Both the position numbers and the translations under genes were made by a program. A DNA stretch of 64,000 nt, taken from assembly GCA_016178725.1 (NCBI GenBank), contig JACOSV010000045.1, positions 51-64,050 of the forward strand, in the 5' to 3' direction. The notes below the pieces were generated by a model. The model did no database searches. It was not told the origin of the DNA and worked only from the letters and a program-made list of their open reading frames with translations. Shown one piece after another: positions 12,901 through 23,647 of the stretch. Source of the stretch: Candidatus Eiseniibacteriota bacterium (GTDB lineage: Bacteria; Eisenbacteria; RBG-16-71-46). Position 1 is the stretch's first letter. Each line of letters starts with the position of its first letter.

Positions 12901-14271
12901 GTGATCGGGAACATGATCCTGCCGGGGCTGATCCTGCTCGGCATCGTGATCTTCGTCCATGAGCTGGGCCACTTCCTCATGGCCAAGTGGCGCGGCGTGC
13001 GCGTGCTCAAGTTCTCGCTCGGGTTCGGCCCGGCCCTGTTCCGCTTCACGTCGGGCGAGACCGAGTACCGGATCTCGTGGATCCCGCTCGGCGGCTACGT
13101 CTCGATGGCGGGCGACAGTCCGAACGAAGACGGCTCGATGCCCGAGGGCGACGACCAGTTCCTCTCGCATTCGTGGCAGGGGCGCGCGCTGATCGCGATC
13201 GCCGGCCCGCTGGCGAACCTGATCACCGCGTGCGTGATCATGATCGTGATCGGGCTCGTCGGCGTGACCTATCCCGACTATCCCAACGTGCTCGGCGCCG
13301 TGCCCGACACGACCGTCGCGGCGCACGCCGGGCTGCGCGCCGGGGACCGTCTCACCGCGGTCGCCGGCAGGCCGGTCTCGAGCTGGGTGGCGTTCTTCGT
13401 CGCCGAGAAGCTGGTGCCCGAGCGCCGTCCGCTCGACGTCGAGGTGACGCGCGGCGTGACGAAGTTCACCGCCCACGTCGCGGCCGCCGACCGCCGCGCG
13501 TTCCTCAACGGCCTCGACCGCCCGCCCGATCCGCCCGTGATCGGCACGGTGATGACCGGCATGCCCGCCTACAAGGCCGGGCTCAAGGACGGTGACAGCA
13601 TCCTCGCCGTCAACGGCCGGCCCGTGCGCGTGTGGGAGGACCTGCCGCGCGAGATCTCGAGCCAGACCGACCGCCCGGTCGTCATGCGCATCCAGCGCCA
13701 CGGCAAGGCGTTCGATCTCACCGTGACGCCGGTCGATCCCGGCGGCGTCGGCGGCTCGAATGCCGGCCGCATCGGCATCGAGGCCCGGCGCCTGGGCAAC
13801 TACGTCGAGCGCTATCCGCTGCTCCAGTCCATCCAGCTCGGATTCTTCGCAACCATCGACCTCGTCGGCAGCGTCTATCGTGGCATGTGGCTCACGGTGA
13901 CCCGGCCGCTCTACTATCGCGAGTACCTGGGCGGGCCGATGTTCATCGCGCAGGCGGCGAGCGAGCAGGCGCGGCGCGGACTCGACGCGTATCTGCAATT
14001 CCTGGCGATGATCAACGTCGCCATCATGGCGTTCAATCTGCTCCCCATTCCGGTGCTGGACGGCGGCCACATCGCGCTGGCGCTGTTCCAGGCGGTGCGC
14101 GGCCAGAGCGTCTCGTACCGGTCCTACGTCCGATTCCAGAAGGTCGGCCTCGTGGTGATCGGCACGCTCTTCATCCTCATCCTGGCGAACGACCCGTTGC
14201 GCTGGCTGCAGAGGCAGCGCGCGCTCGACAAAGCTCCCCAGGAGGGCGAGGTTGCCCCGAACCCGCCCTAG
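12901..14271 (+). CDS. rseP: RIP metalloprotease RseP (M50, two PDZ)
   Basis: HELGH, AGPLAN, NLLPIPVLDGG; SD AGGAG 6 nt before GTG. Confidence 0.95.
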   Translation: MIGNMILPGLILLGIVIFVHELGHFLMAKWRGVRVLKFSLGFGPALFRFTSGETEYRISWIPLGGYVSMAGDSPNEDGSMPEGDDQFLSHSWQGRALIAIAGPLANLITACVIMIVIGLVGVTYPDYPNVLGAVPDTTVAAHAGLRAGDRLTAVAGRPVSSWVAFFVAEKLVPERRPLDVEVTRGVTKFTAHVAAADRRAFLNGLDRPPDPPVIGTVMTGMPAYKAGLKDGDSILAVNGRPVRVWEDLPREISSQTDRPVVMRIQRHGKAFDLTVTPVDPGGVGGSNAGRIGIEARRLGNYVERYPLLQSIQLGFFATIDLVGSVYRGMWLTVTRPLYYREYLGGPMFIAQAASEQARRGLDAYLQFLAMINVAIMAFNLLPIPVLDGGHIALALFQAVRGQSVSYRSYVRFQKVGLVVIGTLFILILANDPLRWLQRQRALDKAPQEGEVAPNPP

Positions 14272-16231
14272 CGGCGAGCGTCGGACGTGGTGGTGGGGCC
14301 TCGCGCTGGTCGCCGCGCTGGTCGTGACGGCGAAGGCCGGCCGGGCCCAGGAAGATCTCTTGGGCGAGCTCAAGACCGTCGCCTCGGTGACGTTCGTCGG
14401 ACGGCACCATGTCCCCGCGCGCGAGCTGGGCACGGTGATGAAGACCCGGGCGCCCTCGCTGTGGCCGTGGCACGAGCGTCCGGTGCTACGGCCGGACTTC
14501 CTGCGCTCCGACACCCTCGCGATCCGCGACCGCTACCGGCTGCACGGCTTCCTCGACGCCGAGGTCGGCGCCACGGTCGCCGCCACCCACGACTCGAACG
14601 CCGTCGCCGTGACGTTCCTGATCCGCGAGGGGCACCAGTCGCGGGTCGCGAGCGTCGCGTTCCACGGCGTCGAGCACTATCCGGTGGACGACATCCGCCG
14701 CAAGCTGCAGACGCGACGCGGCGTGCCGTTCGATCCCTACGTCCTGCAACTCGACACGCTCAAGATCTCCGAGCTCTATCAGGAGCGCGGCTACCGGCCG
14801 TCGATCAGCGCGGTCGCGCGGCGCGGCGAAGGCAACGACTCGCTGCGAGTGCAGGTGGACTTCGAGGTCGTCGAGGGCACGCGCTACCGCGTCGGCCGCG
14901 TGTCGGTCGAGATCCAGGGCGACCGGCCCGTCGCGCCGTGGCTCGCGCGCCGCGAGGTGATGCTCAAGCCCGGTGACTGGTACCGGCGTTCGTTCCTGGT
15001 GCGGTCGTGGGAGCGGCTCTACGACACCGGGCTCTTCAGCTCGGTCCAGATGACGCCGACCGTGGATTCGACCCGCGACAGCATCGACATCGACGTCACG
15101 GCGCTGCCGCGCAAGCCGCGCTGGATCGACGCCGGCGTCGGGAGCGGCACCGCCGAGCGCTTCCGCGTCACCGGCGAGTGGGGTTACCGCAATCTCATGG
15201 GCCGCGGCATCCAGGGCGCGCTCGACTCGCGCATTGCGTTCAACGGGCAGGGCAAGTTCCTGCTCGCGCACACCGAGGGCTCGCTGCTCGCGCCGTGGAT
15301 GTTCGGCAAGCGCATCCGCGGCGTGGTGACGCCCTACTACGAAAACAGCCACGACCGCGCCGACCCGCGTTGGCTGGTGGTGCAGGACCTGCGCGGCGTG
15401 CGCTTCGAGCTGCGCCGCGACATCGACCGATTCAGCAGCATCGCGCTGTCGCAGGACAACGTCTGGGGGCATCAGGCGCTCACGCTCTTCACCGACACGC
15501 TCGCCGCGGCGACGCGCGACTCGCTCCAGCGCTCGGTGGTCTCGAGTTACAGCACCCACAGTCTCTCGCTCGGCGCGCAGTGGGACTACCGCGACAATCC
15601 ATTCAGCGCGACGCGCGGATCGTTCCACGTCGCGAACCTGGAGCTGGCGGGCGGTCCGCTCAAGGGCACGAGCAGCTTCCGCAAGTTCGCGGTGACGTCC
15701 TCGTGGTACACGCCGTTCCGCAACGGCTGGGTGCTGGCCACGCGCGTCGAGGCCGGCGCGATCGAGCCGATCGGCATCGCCCCGGCATTCTCGCTCGAGC
15801 CGAGCGTCGATCCGACGGTCGCCCGGGTGCCGCTCCCGGACCGCTTCCGCCTCGGCGGCGTCAACTCGATCCGCGGCTTCAGCGAGAACCAGGTGCCGCC
15901 CTCGGGCGGGCTCGCCATGCTGCTCGCCAACGTCGAGATGCGCATCCCGCTGGTCGGGCCGTTCGGGCTCGAGGTCTACGCCGACGCCGGGAATGTCTGG
16001 GCGCGGCCGCAGTACATCAAAGGGCACGACTTCCCGCTGCGGCTGAACCACACGGTGCTGGGCCCCGGCGACGTGCGCTACGTGGTCGGGATCGGACCGC
16101 GGCTCAACCTGCCGATCGGGCCGCTGCGGTTCGATCTCACGTGGAGCTTGAGGCCGGTGCCGGATCCCGTGACCGGACAGGCCGTGTGGCTGATCCGCAA
16201 GGCCCAATTCGCGATCGGACCCTCGTTCTGA
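14252..16231 (+). CDS. Omp85 family outer membrane protein, TamA-like (POTRA domains + barrel)
   Basis: signal peptide, POTRA-like repeats (YxxxGF/Y, LYDTGLF), GGVNSIRGF lid motif, C-terminal F; upstream of TamB-like gene. Confidence 0.85.
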   Translation: MPRTRPSGERRTWWWGLALVAALVVTAKAGRAQEDLLGELKTVASVTFVGRHHVPARELGTVMKTRAPSLWPWHERPVLRPDFLRSDTLAIRDRYRLHGFLDAEVGATVAATHDSNAVAVTFLIREGHQSRVASVAFHGVEHYPVDDIRRKLQTRRGVPFDPYVLQLDTLKISELYQERGYRPSISAVARRGEGNDSLRVQVDFEVVEGTRYRVGRVSVEIQGDRPVAPWLARREVMLKPGDWYRRSFLVRSWERLYDTGLFSSVQMTPTVDSTRDSIDIDVTALPRKPRWIDAGVGSGTAERFRVTGEWGYRNLMGRGIQGALDSRIAFNGQGKFLLAHTEGSLLAPWMFGKRIRGVVTPYYENSHDRADPRWLVVQDLRGVRFELRRDIDRFSSIALSQDNVWGHQALTLFTDTLAAATRDSLQRSVVSSYSTHSLSLGAQWDYRDNPFSATRGSFHVANLELAGGPLKGTSSFRKFAVTSSWYTPFRNGWVLATRVEAGAIEPIGIAPAFSLEPSVDPTVARVPLPDRFRLGGVNSIRGFSENQVPPSGGLAMLLANVEMRIPLVGPFGLEVYADAGNVWARPQYIKGHDFPLRLNHTVLGPGDVRYVVGIGPRLNLPIGPLRFDLTWSLRPVPDPVTGQAVWLIRKAQFAIGPSF

Positions 16232-16241
16232 CGGTGGAGAA

Positions 16242-19200
16242 ATGACCGAGCCCCCGGATCACGAACCGCGCGACCCCGAATCGGGCGAGACGCCGCACGG
16301 CCTCGGCGAGGAGATCCGGCACGAGATCGCCGAGGTCCGCCACGAGATCGAGGAGGCGGTCGAGCACGTCCCGAAGCCGATCCGCTGGACGGTCGGCAAG
16401 CTGGTGCGGCTCGCCGTGCTCTCGGTCTTCGCGCTGCTGGCGATCGCGGTGGTGACCGCGATCCTCTACGTCGCGAACCGCACCCAGTGGGCGGCGCAGG
16501 AGCTGGCGCTGGTGGTGAACCAGACGCTCGCGGCGCGCACCGACGTGATGCTCGAGATCGGCGACCTCAAGGGGAATCCGCTGACGGGCGTGCGCATCCT
16601 CCGGCCGCGGGTGCGTTTCCGCGAGGGCAACGCGCCGCCGCTGCTCGAGGCGCCGTCGCTGACGCTGCGCTATTCGGCGTGGGCGCTCGCGACCGGCGGT
16701 CGCGGACCGATCGAGGTCGATATCGACCACCCGCGCTTCCAGCTCGGGCGCAAGCCGGACGGCTCGCTGCGGCTGCCGCTATGGCGGTCGGAGGGTCCGG
16801 GCCGCATCGGCGTCCACGCGCCCACGCGCGACTTCGTCGTGCGCATCCACGATGGATCGCTCCTGACGCCGGACACGACGCTGCGCATCGCCGATCTCGA
16901 CCTCGACGCGCTGGCGTCGGTGGGCGGGCCGACGCACGTCGAGGTGCGCTCCCTGCGCTGGCGCGCGGGGCCGTTCGGCAGCCGGCTCGAAGGCCTGCGC
17001 GCCGAGCTCGCGGGCGGCGACAGCACGCGACTCACCGTGCGCGAGGTCGCGACCCGCGATCTGCACCTGAGCGGGCGGGCGGCATGGAAGGAGGGCGCCG
17101 CCGACGCGAGCGTGCATGTGGATATCCAGCGCGTGCGCTGGCGCTGGCTGGCGCGCGTGTTCACCAACGACACGTTCGAGGTCCCGGGCGAGGGGAAGGT
17201 CGCGATCGACGCGCGCGGCTGGACGCGCTGGGCGGGGCGCTTCGCGATCACCGCCGACTGGGACAGCCTGCCGGTCGACGCACACGGCGGGCTCGCGTGG
17301 GACGGCGCACGCCTCAAGCTCGATCCGATGATTGGACACTCGTCGGCGGGCGATCTCGACGGCGTGGTGCAGTGGAGCAAGCAGGGCTGGGAGGTGGGCG
17401 GCCTCGCGCGCCACGCCGATCCCTCGCGCTGGTTCGTGTTCGGACTCCACGACTGGCCGGCGGGCGACCTCAACGGTCGTTTCCGGTACTGGGTGGACAC
17501 GCGCGGCGTCTCGCATCCGCGGCTCGCCGCGCGGATCGTCGCGACCGAGTGGGCGCGCTGGCGCGCCGACAGCGGATCGGTGGCGATCGACTTCACGCCG
17601 GTCGGGCCCGACACGTTCCTCGTCCGCACGTTCCGGCGCGGCGGCGAGATGACGCTGAAGGCCGCGACCCAGGCCAAGGGCTGGCGCGGTGACTACACGC
17701 TCTCGCGTTATCCGCTCGACGAGTGGCCGGACGGCCGCGCGAGCGGACTCAAGGGCACACTCGCGACCGGGCGCGGCACGGCCGAGGACGGGCCGGGCGG
17801 GCTGCGCGTCACCGGCGCGCTCGACGGCACGGTCACCGACTGGCTCGGCATCCACGCCGCGCGCTGGCGGCTCACCGATCTCGACGGCACGCTGCTGCCG
17901 GTCCCGAACCTCACCGCGAACGCGCGGCTCTCCGATCTCTTCTTCCTCGGCGTCCACTGGGACAGCGCCGGCGTCGCATTCCACCTCGGCGACGGCACGG
18001 TGTCGCTGCCGCGCCTGCGCGCGACCGCCGCCGACACGGTGATGAGCCTCGACGGGCGCGTGGACTGGGGCAAGGAGGGCTGGCGCCTCGCAGCCGACAG
18101 CGCAGCGTTCGAGAGCAGCCGCTTCCACTGGACGGCGTCGTCGCCGCTGCGGCTCACGGGCGAGAGCGGCGGCGTGCGCTTCGACCGACTGGTCGCGTCC
18201 GACGGCGACGCGCGGCTCACGATGGAAGGGATGTGGGCGGTGCCGGGCGGGCATTACGACTGGACCGGCCGCGTCGAGCGTCTCGATCTCGCGCGCCTCG
18301 GCCTGCCGATGGACTGGGGGCTCGCCGGCACGGCCGACGTCGTGCTGCACGTGAGCGGCGTCCCGGGCGACGCGCGCTGGACGCTGGAAGGCGCCGCGCG
18401 CGCGCCGGGCGTCCGCGGCCACCGCATGGATTCGCTCCGCGTCGCGGTCGGCGGCGGCCCGTCGCGCGTCGAGTTCTCGGACGTGACCGCGATGCTCGAC
18501 GGCGGCCGGTTGAACGCGCACGGCGAGGTCTCGGCGATGCCCCGTGCCTGGCCCGACACGCTGACCGGCGAAGGCATCACCCGCTGGATCGCCGAGGCGG
18601 CGCGCTGGGACGGCGCGCTGCGCGCGGATCGCGTGCCGATCGACCGCCTCGAGCGGATGGCGCCGGCGGCCAAGGACTGGAAGGGCCGCGTGAGCGGAAC
18701 GATGGACGTTCACGGCAGCCCGCGTGCGCCGGACCTTGCCTGGAACGTGAGCGCTCAGCCGCTCACGTGGGGCGATTACCGACTCGACGCGGCGAGTGGC
18801 CACGGGCTCTACCACGACCGCCGGCTCGAGGTGCCCGAGCTCAGGATGACGCGCGGCGACGTGGTCTCGACCATCAGCGGCGCGATGCCGCTCGTGCTCG
18901 CGCTGGGCGAGGTCCCGACCGTGCCCGACACGCCGATGGAGTGGCGCATCGATCTGCCGAGCGGTGACCTCGCGGTGCTGCCGGTGTTCGTGCCGCAGAT
19001 CGGCTCGGCCTCGGGCCGCCTCGACATGAACGCACGTCTCTCCGGCACGCCGCGGAGGCCGGATCTCTCGGGCCACGTGCGGATCCGCGACGGCAAGGTG
19101 CGCATGGCCGGCCGCGACGAGGTGATCGAGCAGGTGAGGGCCGATCTCACCCTCAACCGCAGCCGCATCACGCTCGACAGCCTTTCGGGGCGCCAGATGG

Positions 19201-20339
19201 CGCGCAAGGGGGCGACCGGACGCGTCACCGCCACGGGCGCGATCGATCTCGACGGTCTCGCGCTCAAGGGTTACGCGTTCACGGTGGACATGCGGGACTT
19301 CACCGCGATCGAGACCGGCGTCTACGTCGCGGTGTTCGACGGGCGCTTCCGCGTCACCAATGGCCCGAAGGTCGGAGGGGCGTCGCTGCCGTTCGTCGAG
19401 TCGCTCGACAACGGTGTCGAGCTGCAGCGCGCGGTCGTGCTCTTCGACTTCGCCAACCAGAGCGAGGTGGATCAGGTCGCGGCGGCGACGCAGCCGCCCT
19501 ACTGGACGTACCGCATCCACCTCAATGCCACCGACAAGCTCTACTGGCAGCCGCAGGACGCCAACATGGAATTCAGCGCCGACCTGCGCATCGAGCAGAC
19601 GCGCGACGAGCTGATCATCTTCGGCGACATGGCCTCGCTGCGCGGCACCTACTACTACCTGAGCAACAAGTTCGACGTGAACCGGGCCAACCTGACGTTC
19701 GACAACGTCGGCGGGCTCGATCCGAAGCTCGACATTGAGGCGGTGACGCAGGTGGCACGCGGGCGCGGGCCCGAGAACACCGCCACCGCGAGCAGCGGCA
19801 ACGAGGGAATCACGGTCACGGTGTCGGGCCGGGCCAAGGAGCCGGCGATCACGTTCGCCACCGACCCCGATTCGTGGGACCAGTCGGCCGTGCTGCGCGC
19901 GCTCACCACCGGGCAGGACCCCGGCGTGGGGGCGAGCAAGTACGCCGACAGCTACTTCACGCGCGCCATCAACCGGCAGCTCTCGTCCGACCTGTCGCGC
20001 GCGTTCCAGGGCTACATCAGCGAGCTCGAGCTGGCGCGCGAGTCGGGCGGCCTGCTGCAGGGGGAGGGCGGCGTGATCGTGCGCGTCGGCGTGCCCGTGA
20101 GCCGGAACGTGAGCCTGCGCTACGGCCAGCGTCTGCCGGGCACCTCGCGGGCGACCGGTCCGGGCACGACCACCACGATCACCAATCCGCTCGAGCGTGA
20201 CGTCGAGGCCGAGTACCGGATCAACCGGTTCTTCTACTTCACGACGGCGCTCACGCAGCGCCGCGCCGGCACGACCCCGGGCGCGGCGGTGACGCCGCCG
20301 GAGTTCAACGTGAACCTCAAGGCGCGGTGGGAATACTGA
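16242..20339 (+). CDS. TamB/AsmA-like translocation and assembly module protein
   Basis: N-terminal TM, 1365 aa beta-rich repeats, C-terminal DUF490-like region (DPKLDIEA, VSGRAKEP). Confidence 0.8.
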   Translation: MTEPPDHEPRDPESGETPHGLGEEIRHEIAEVRHEIEEAVEHVPKPIRWTVGKLVRLAVLSVFALLAIAVVTAILYVANRTQWAAQELALVVNQTLAARTDVMLEIGDLKGNPLTGVRILRPRVRFREGNAPPLLEAPSLTLRYSAWALATGGRGPIEVDIDHPRFQLGRKPDGSLRLPLWRSEGPGRIGVHAPTRDFVVRIHDGSLLTPDTTLRIADLDLDALASVGGPTHVEVRSLRWRAGPFGSRLEGLRAELAGGDSTRLTVREVATRDLHLSGRAAWKEGAADASVHVDIQRVRWRWLARVFTNDTFEVPGEGKVAIDARGWTRWAGRFAITADWDSLPVDAHGGLAWDGARLKLDPMIGHSSAGDLDGVVQWSKQGWEVGGLARHADPSRWFVFGLHDWPAGDLNGRFRYWVDTRGVSHPRLAARIVATEWARWRADSGSVAIDFTPVGPDTFLVRTFRRGGEMTLKAATQAKGWRGDYTLSRYPLDEWPDGRASGLKGTLATGRGTAEDGPGGLRVTGALDGTVTDWLGIHAARWRLTDLDGTLLPVPNLTANARLSDLFFLGVHWDSAGVAFHLGDGTVSLPRLRATAADTVMSLDGRVDWGKEGWRLAADSAAFESSRFHWTASSPLRLTGESGGVRFDRLVASDGDARLTMEGMWAVPGGHYDWTGRVERLDLARLGLPMDWGLAGTADVVLHVSGVPGDARWTLEGAARAPGVRGHRMDSLRVAVGGGPSRVEFSDVTAMLDGGRLNAHGEVSAMPRAWPDTLTGEGITRWIAEAARWDGALRADRVPIDRLERMAPAAKDWKGRVSGTMDVHGSPRAPDLAWNVSAQPLTWGDYRLDAASGHGLYHDRRLEVPELRMTRGDVVSTISGAMPLVLALGEVPTVPDTPMEWRIDLPSGDLAVLPVFVPQIGSASGRLDMNARLSGTPRRPDLSGHVRIRDGKVRMAGRDEVIEQVRADLTLNRSRITLDSLSGRQMARKGATGRVTATGAIDLDGLALKGYAFTVDMRDFTAIETGVYVAVFDGRFRVTNGPKVGGASLPFVESLDNGVELQRAVVLFDFANQSEVDQVAAATQPPYWTYRIHLNATDKLYWQPQDANMEFSADLRIEQTRDELIIFGDMASLRGTYYYLSNKFDVNRANLTFDNVGGLDPKLDIEAVTQVARGRGPENTATASSGNEGITVTVSGRAKEPAITFATDPDSWDQSAVLRALTTGQDPGVGASKYADSYFTRAINRQLSSDLSRAFQGYISELELARESGGLLQGEGGVIVRVGVPVSRNVSLRYGQRLPGTSRATGPGTTTTITNPLERDVEAEYRINRFFYFTTALTQRRAGTTPGAAVTPPEFNVNLKARWEY

Positions 20340-20470
20340 CGCGCCCGCGGGCGGCTGCGCTAGAATGCGCGAACCGCAGGCGACCGGCGGGCGTAGATTC
20401 CGGCGAAGAGGCGTCCTCCCACCCCTTCGGTGTCGCCGCACACGATCGGCCGAACGAAAGGGTGTTCCGC

Positions 20471-23400
20471 ATGCGCAGGAGTCCCCTCGCCTGGATGGCG
20501 CTCGGATGCGTGCTCCTCGCGTTCATGCCCCGGCCGGCCGCCGCGCAGTTCTTCGGCCAGAACAAGGTCCAGTACCGCCGGTACCACTGGCAGTCGATCA
20601 CGTCGGACCATTTCGACGTCTACTACTCGACCGGCCTCGACAGCCTCGCGCGCCGCGTCCTCGACCTCGCCGAGAAGACCAACGCCTACCTGTCGGCGCG
20701 CATGGGGCATCAGCTGCGCCGCCGCGTCCCGATCATCGTCTACGGCTCGCACAACGATTTCTCGCAGACCAACGTCACGCCCGAGATGATCGACGCCGGG
20801 ACCGGCGGCTTCACCGAGGTGCTGCGCAACCGCGTCGTGATCCCGTTCATGGGCTCGTACGACGACCTGCGTCACGTCGTGGTCCACGAGCTCACCCACG
20901 CGTTCATGTTCGACATGGTGTACGGGAACTCCGCGGCGTCGCTGATCGCCCGCGGCAGCTTCTTCCAGATCCCGCTGTGGTTCGCCGAAGGGCTCGCCGA
21001 GTACTACTCGCTCGGCGCCGACACCGAAGAGGAGATGGTGCTGCGCGACGGGGCGATCGCCGGCTACCTGCCGCCGCTCATGTACGCGGGCGGCTTCGGC
21101 GTCTACAAGGAGGGCCAGTCGGCGCTCGCGTATCTCGTCGCGCGTCACGGCGAGGACCGGCTGCGCTCGATCTTCCAGCGCATCCGCTCGATGCGGACCT
21201 TCGACCGCGCGTTCCAGCGCAGCCTCGGCGTCTCGGTCGAGCGCTTCGACGAGCAGTGGCGCGAGGAGCAGCGCCGGACCTACTGGCCGACGGTCGCGAC
21301 CAAGCAGAACCCCGAGGACTTCGCGCGACGGCTCACCGACCACCGCCGCGACGAGAGCAACCTCAACACGTCGCCGGCGGTGTCGCCCCAGGGCGATCGC
21401 GTCGCGTTCTTCTCTGACCGCAAGCAGTACACGGACGTCTATCTCATGTCGGCGATCGACGGGAAGGTGCTGCGCCGGGTGATCCGCGGCGAACGCAGCG
21501 TCCGGTTCGAGACGGTGCCCTCGTTCCGCAGCGCGATCGCGTGGTCGCCCGACGGCCGCGAGCTCGCGATCACGCCCAAGTCGGGTGGCCACGACGTGCT
21601 GACCATCGTCTCGGCGCTCGACGGCTCGGTGCGCAAGCGCATCGATCTCCACCTGGACGCGATGGCGTATCCGGCGTGGTCGCCGGTGTCGGACTCGATC
21701 GTCGTGGCGGGCTTGAAGGACGGGCGCTCCGATCTCTACCTCGTGGACGTGAAGAGCGGCGCCGCGAGCCGGCTCACGGACGACACGTGGGACGAGAAGG
21801 AGCCGGCGTGGAGCCCGGACGGCCGGCGCATCACGTTCACCTGCGACCGCGCGGCGCCGATGGTGCTGCAGCCGGTGCGCCGCGAACGCGGATTCGGGGG
21901 CTACGGGCTCTACGACCTCGATCTCGCGACCCGCGAGGTGATCCCGCTGCTCGACACGCACGGCGACGACCACTCGCCGGCGTGGTCGCCCGACGGTCGC
22001 CGTGTGGCGTTCATCTCCGATCGCAACGGGGCGGCGAACATCTATCTGTACGATCCGGCCGACCGGTCGGTGACGCAGCTGACCGACGTGCTCGGCGGCG
22101 TGATCAGCCTTTCGTGGTCGCGCACCAATGACCGGCTCGTGTTCTCGGCGTTCAACCGGGGTGGCTTCGACATCTTCGCGGTCAAGGAGCCGCTCTCGCT
22201 CGACGCGGTGGTCGCGCGGCTCCGCCGCCAGGCGCCGCAGTCCGTGTTGAGCGTCGAGCGGGCCGGCAGCGCCGCGCCCTCCGATTCGGGCGCGCGCGCG
22301 CCGTCGCGCGGCGCGCTCGCCGGAGCGTGGCCGGACACGCTGACCGCGGCGCCGGACACGATGCGCTCGGAGCCGCGCGAGGTCGAGCCGGCGCTCACGG
22401 CGGGCGGGCACAGTGACACCACGCGCGTCGCGGGCGGCCGCCGGCTCGAGCCGCCGGCGTGGACGCAGGGGGCGCACCCCTATCCGGGTCCCGCGCCCGA
22501 CACGGTCGCGCGCCTCCCGAACCGGACGCCGCTCTTCGAGCGCGGCGGCCCGTTCGCGCTCGCGGATTCGGTGCTGGCGCAGGCGCCGGCGCCGTACAAG
22601 GCGCACCTCGCGCCCGACTACGCGGGCGGAGGTTTCTACGCCGCCTCGAGCTTCGGATTCATCGGCAGCACGCAATTCCTGTTGAGCGATTTCCTCGGCG
22701 ACCACAGTCTGTACATCGCGACCGACGTCTTCAGCACGTCGCTCGAGGAGACCAACGCGCTGGTGCTCTACAACTATCTGCCGCGACGCTGGGACTTCTC
22801 GGGCGGGTTCTTCCACTTCAAGAACTACTACTCGTCGGCGGTCACCACGCTCGGCGACGCGCTCGGCAGCCCGCGGCTCTTCTCGGAGCGCAACTTCGGC
22901 GCGCTGGTCAACGCGTCCTACCCGTTCGACCGCTTCCGCCGCGTGGAGTTCGGCTTCACGCAGCTCTTCGCCGAGATCCGCTTCTTCGACCTGAACTTCG
23001 GCACGCTGGTCGGGCGCAAGTACCAGTCGGTCACCTCGCCGTCCGTTTCGCTGGTCGGGGACAACGCGCTGTTCGGCTACTACGGTCCGGTCAACGGCCA
23101 CCGCTACAACCTGACCTACAGCCCGTCGCTCGCGCTATTCGACAACGGCCTCTCGTACCACACGATCACCGCCGACGTGCGTCACTACTGGGATCTGACC
23201 CACGGCTACACGCTCGCGCTGCGCGGGCTCGGCGCATACAGCACCGGCCGCGATCCGCGCTCGTTCTTCGTCGGCGGCTTCTCGACGCTGCGCGGCTACG
23301 CCGACTACTCGCTCGAGGGCCAACGGGTCGCGATCGGCACCGTGGAGCTGCGCTTTCCGTTCATCGAGCAGCTCGGGCTCGTCGGCCCGGTGCCGCTCGG

Positions 23401-23647
23401 CGTGTTCAACCTGCGCGGTGCGCTGTTCACGGACTTCGGCACCGTGTGGGACGAGGGCGGATCGCCGCGGCTCTGGACGCAACCCGGCAACGGACCACGC
23501 CGGCTCGAGGACCTGCGTCTCTCGTTCGGCACGGGGATCCGCACCGCCGTCTATTTCCTGCTCATCAAGGTCGACGCCGCGTGGCGCACGGATCTCGTCT
23601 CGACGAGCAAGCCGCGCTGGCATTTCAGCATCGGCCCCGAGTTCTAG
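20471..23647 (+). CDS. secreted gluzincin-like peptidase + TolB/PD40 beta-propeller + Omp85 barrel hybrid
   Basis: signal peptide AQFFGQNKVQY, HELTH...WFAEGLAEY, repeated PAWSPDG, GGFSTLRGY, terminal FSIGPEF. Confidence 0.85.
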   Translation: MRRSPLAWMALGCVLLAFMPRPAAAQFFGQNKVQYRRYHWQSITSDHFDVYYSTGLDSLARRVLDLAEKTNAYLSARMGHQLRRRVPIIVYGSHNDFSQTNVTPEMIDAGTGGFTEVLRNRVVIPFMGSYDDLRHVVVHELTHAFMFDMVYGNSAASLIARGSFFQIPLWFAEGLAEYYSLGADTEEEMVLRDGAIAGYLPPLMYAGGFGVYKEGQSALAYLVARHGEDRLRSIFQRIRSMRTFDRAFQRSLGVSVERFDEQWREEQRRTYWPTVATKQNPEDFARRLTDHRRDESNLNTSPAVSPQGDRVAFFSDRKQYTDVYLMSAIDGKVLRRVIRGERSVRFETVPSFRSAIAWSPDGRELAITPKSGGHDVLTIVSALDGSVRKRIDLHLDAMAYPAWSPVSDSIVVAGLKDGRSDLYLVDVKSGAASRLTDDTWDEKEPAWSPDGRRITFTCDRAAPMVLQPVRRERGFGGYGLYDLDLATREVIPLLDTHGDDHSPAWSPDGRRVAFISDRNGAANIYLYDPADRSVTQLTDVLGGVISLSWSRTNDRLVFSAFNRGGFDIFAVKEPLSLDAVVARLRRQAPQSVLSVERAGSAAPSDSGARAPSRGALAGAWPDTLTAAPDTMRSEPREVEPALTAGGHSDTTRVAGGRRLEPPAWTQGAHPYPGPAPDTVARLPNRTPLFERGGPFALADSVLAQAPAPYKAHLAPDYAGGGFYAASSFGFIGSTQFLLSDFLGDHSLYIATDVFSTSLEETNALVLYNYLPRRWDFSGGFFHFKNYYSSAVTTLGDALGSPRLFSERNFGALVNASYPFDRFRRVEFGFTQLFAEIRFFDLNFGTLVGRKYQSVTSPSVSLVGDNALFGYYGPVNGHRYNLTYSPSLALFDNGLSYHTITADVRHYWDLTHGYTLALRGLGAYSTGRDPRSFFVGGFSTLRGYADYSLEGQRVAIGTVELRFPFIEQLGLVGPVPLGVFNLRGALFTDFGTVWDEGGSPRLWTQPGNGPRRLEDLRLSFGTGIRTAVYFLLIKVDAAWRTDLVSTSKPRWHFSIGPEF

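Noticed and set aside
16310-16355. Short imperfect repeat EIRHEI/EVRHEI at the TamB N-terminus
   Set aside because: Coding-level amphipathic repeat, not an array.
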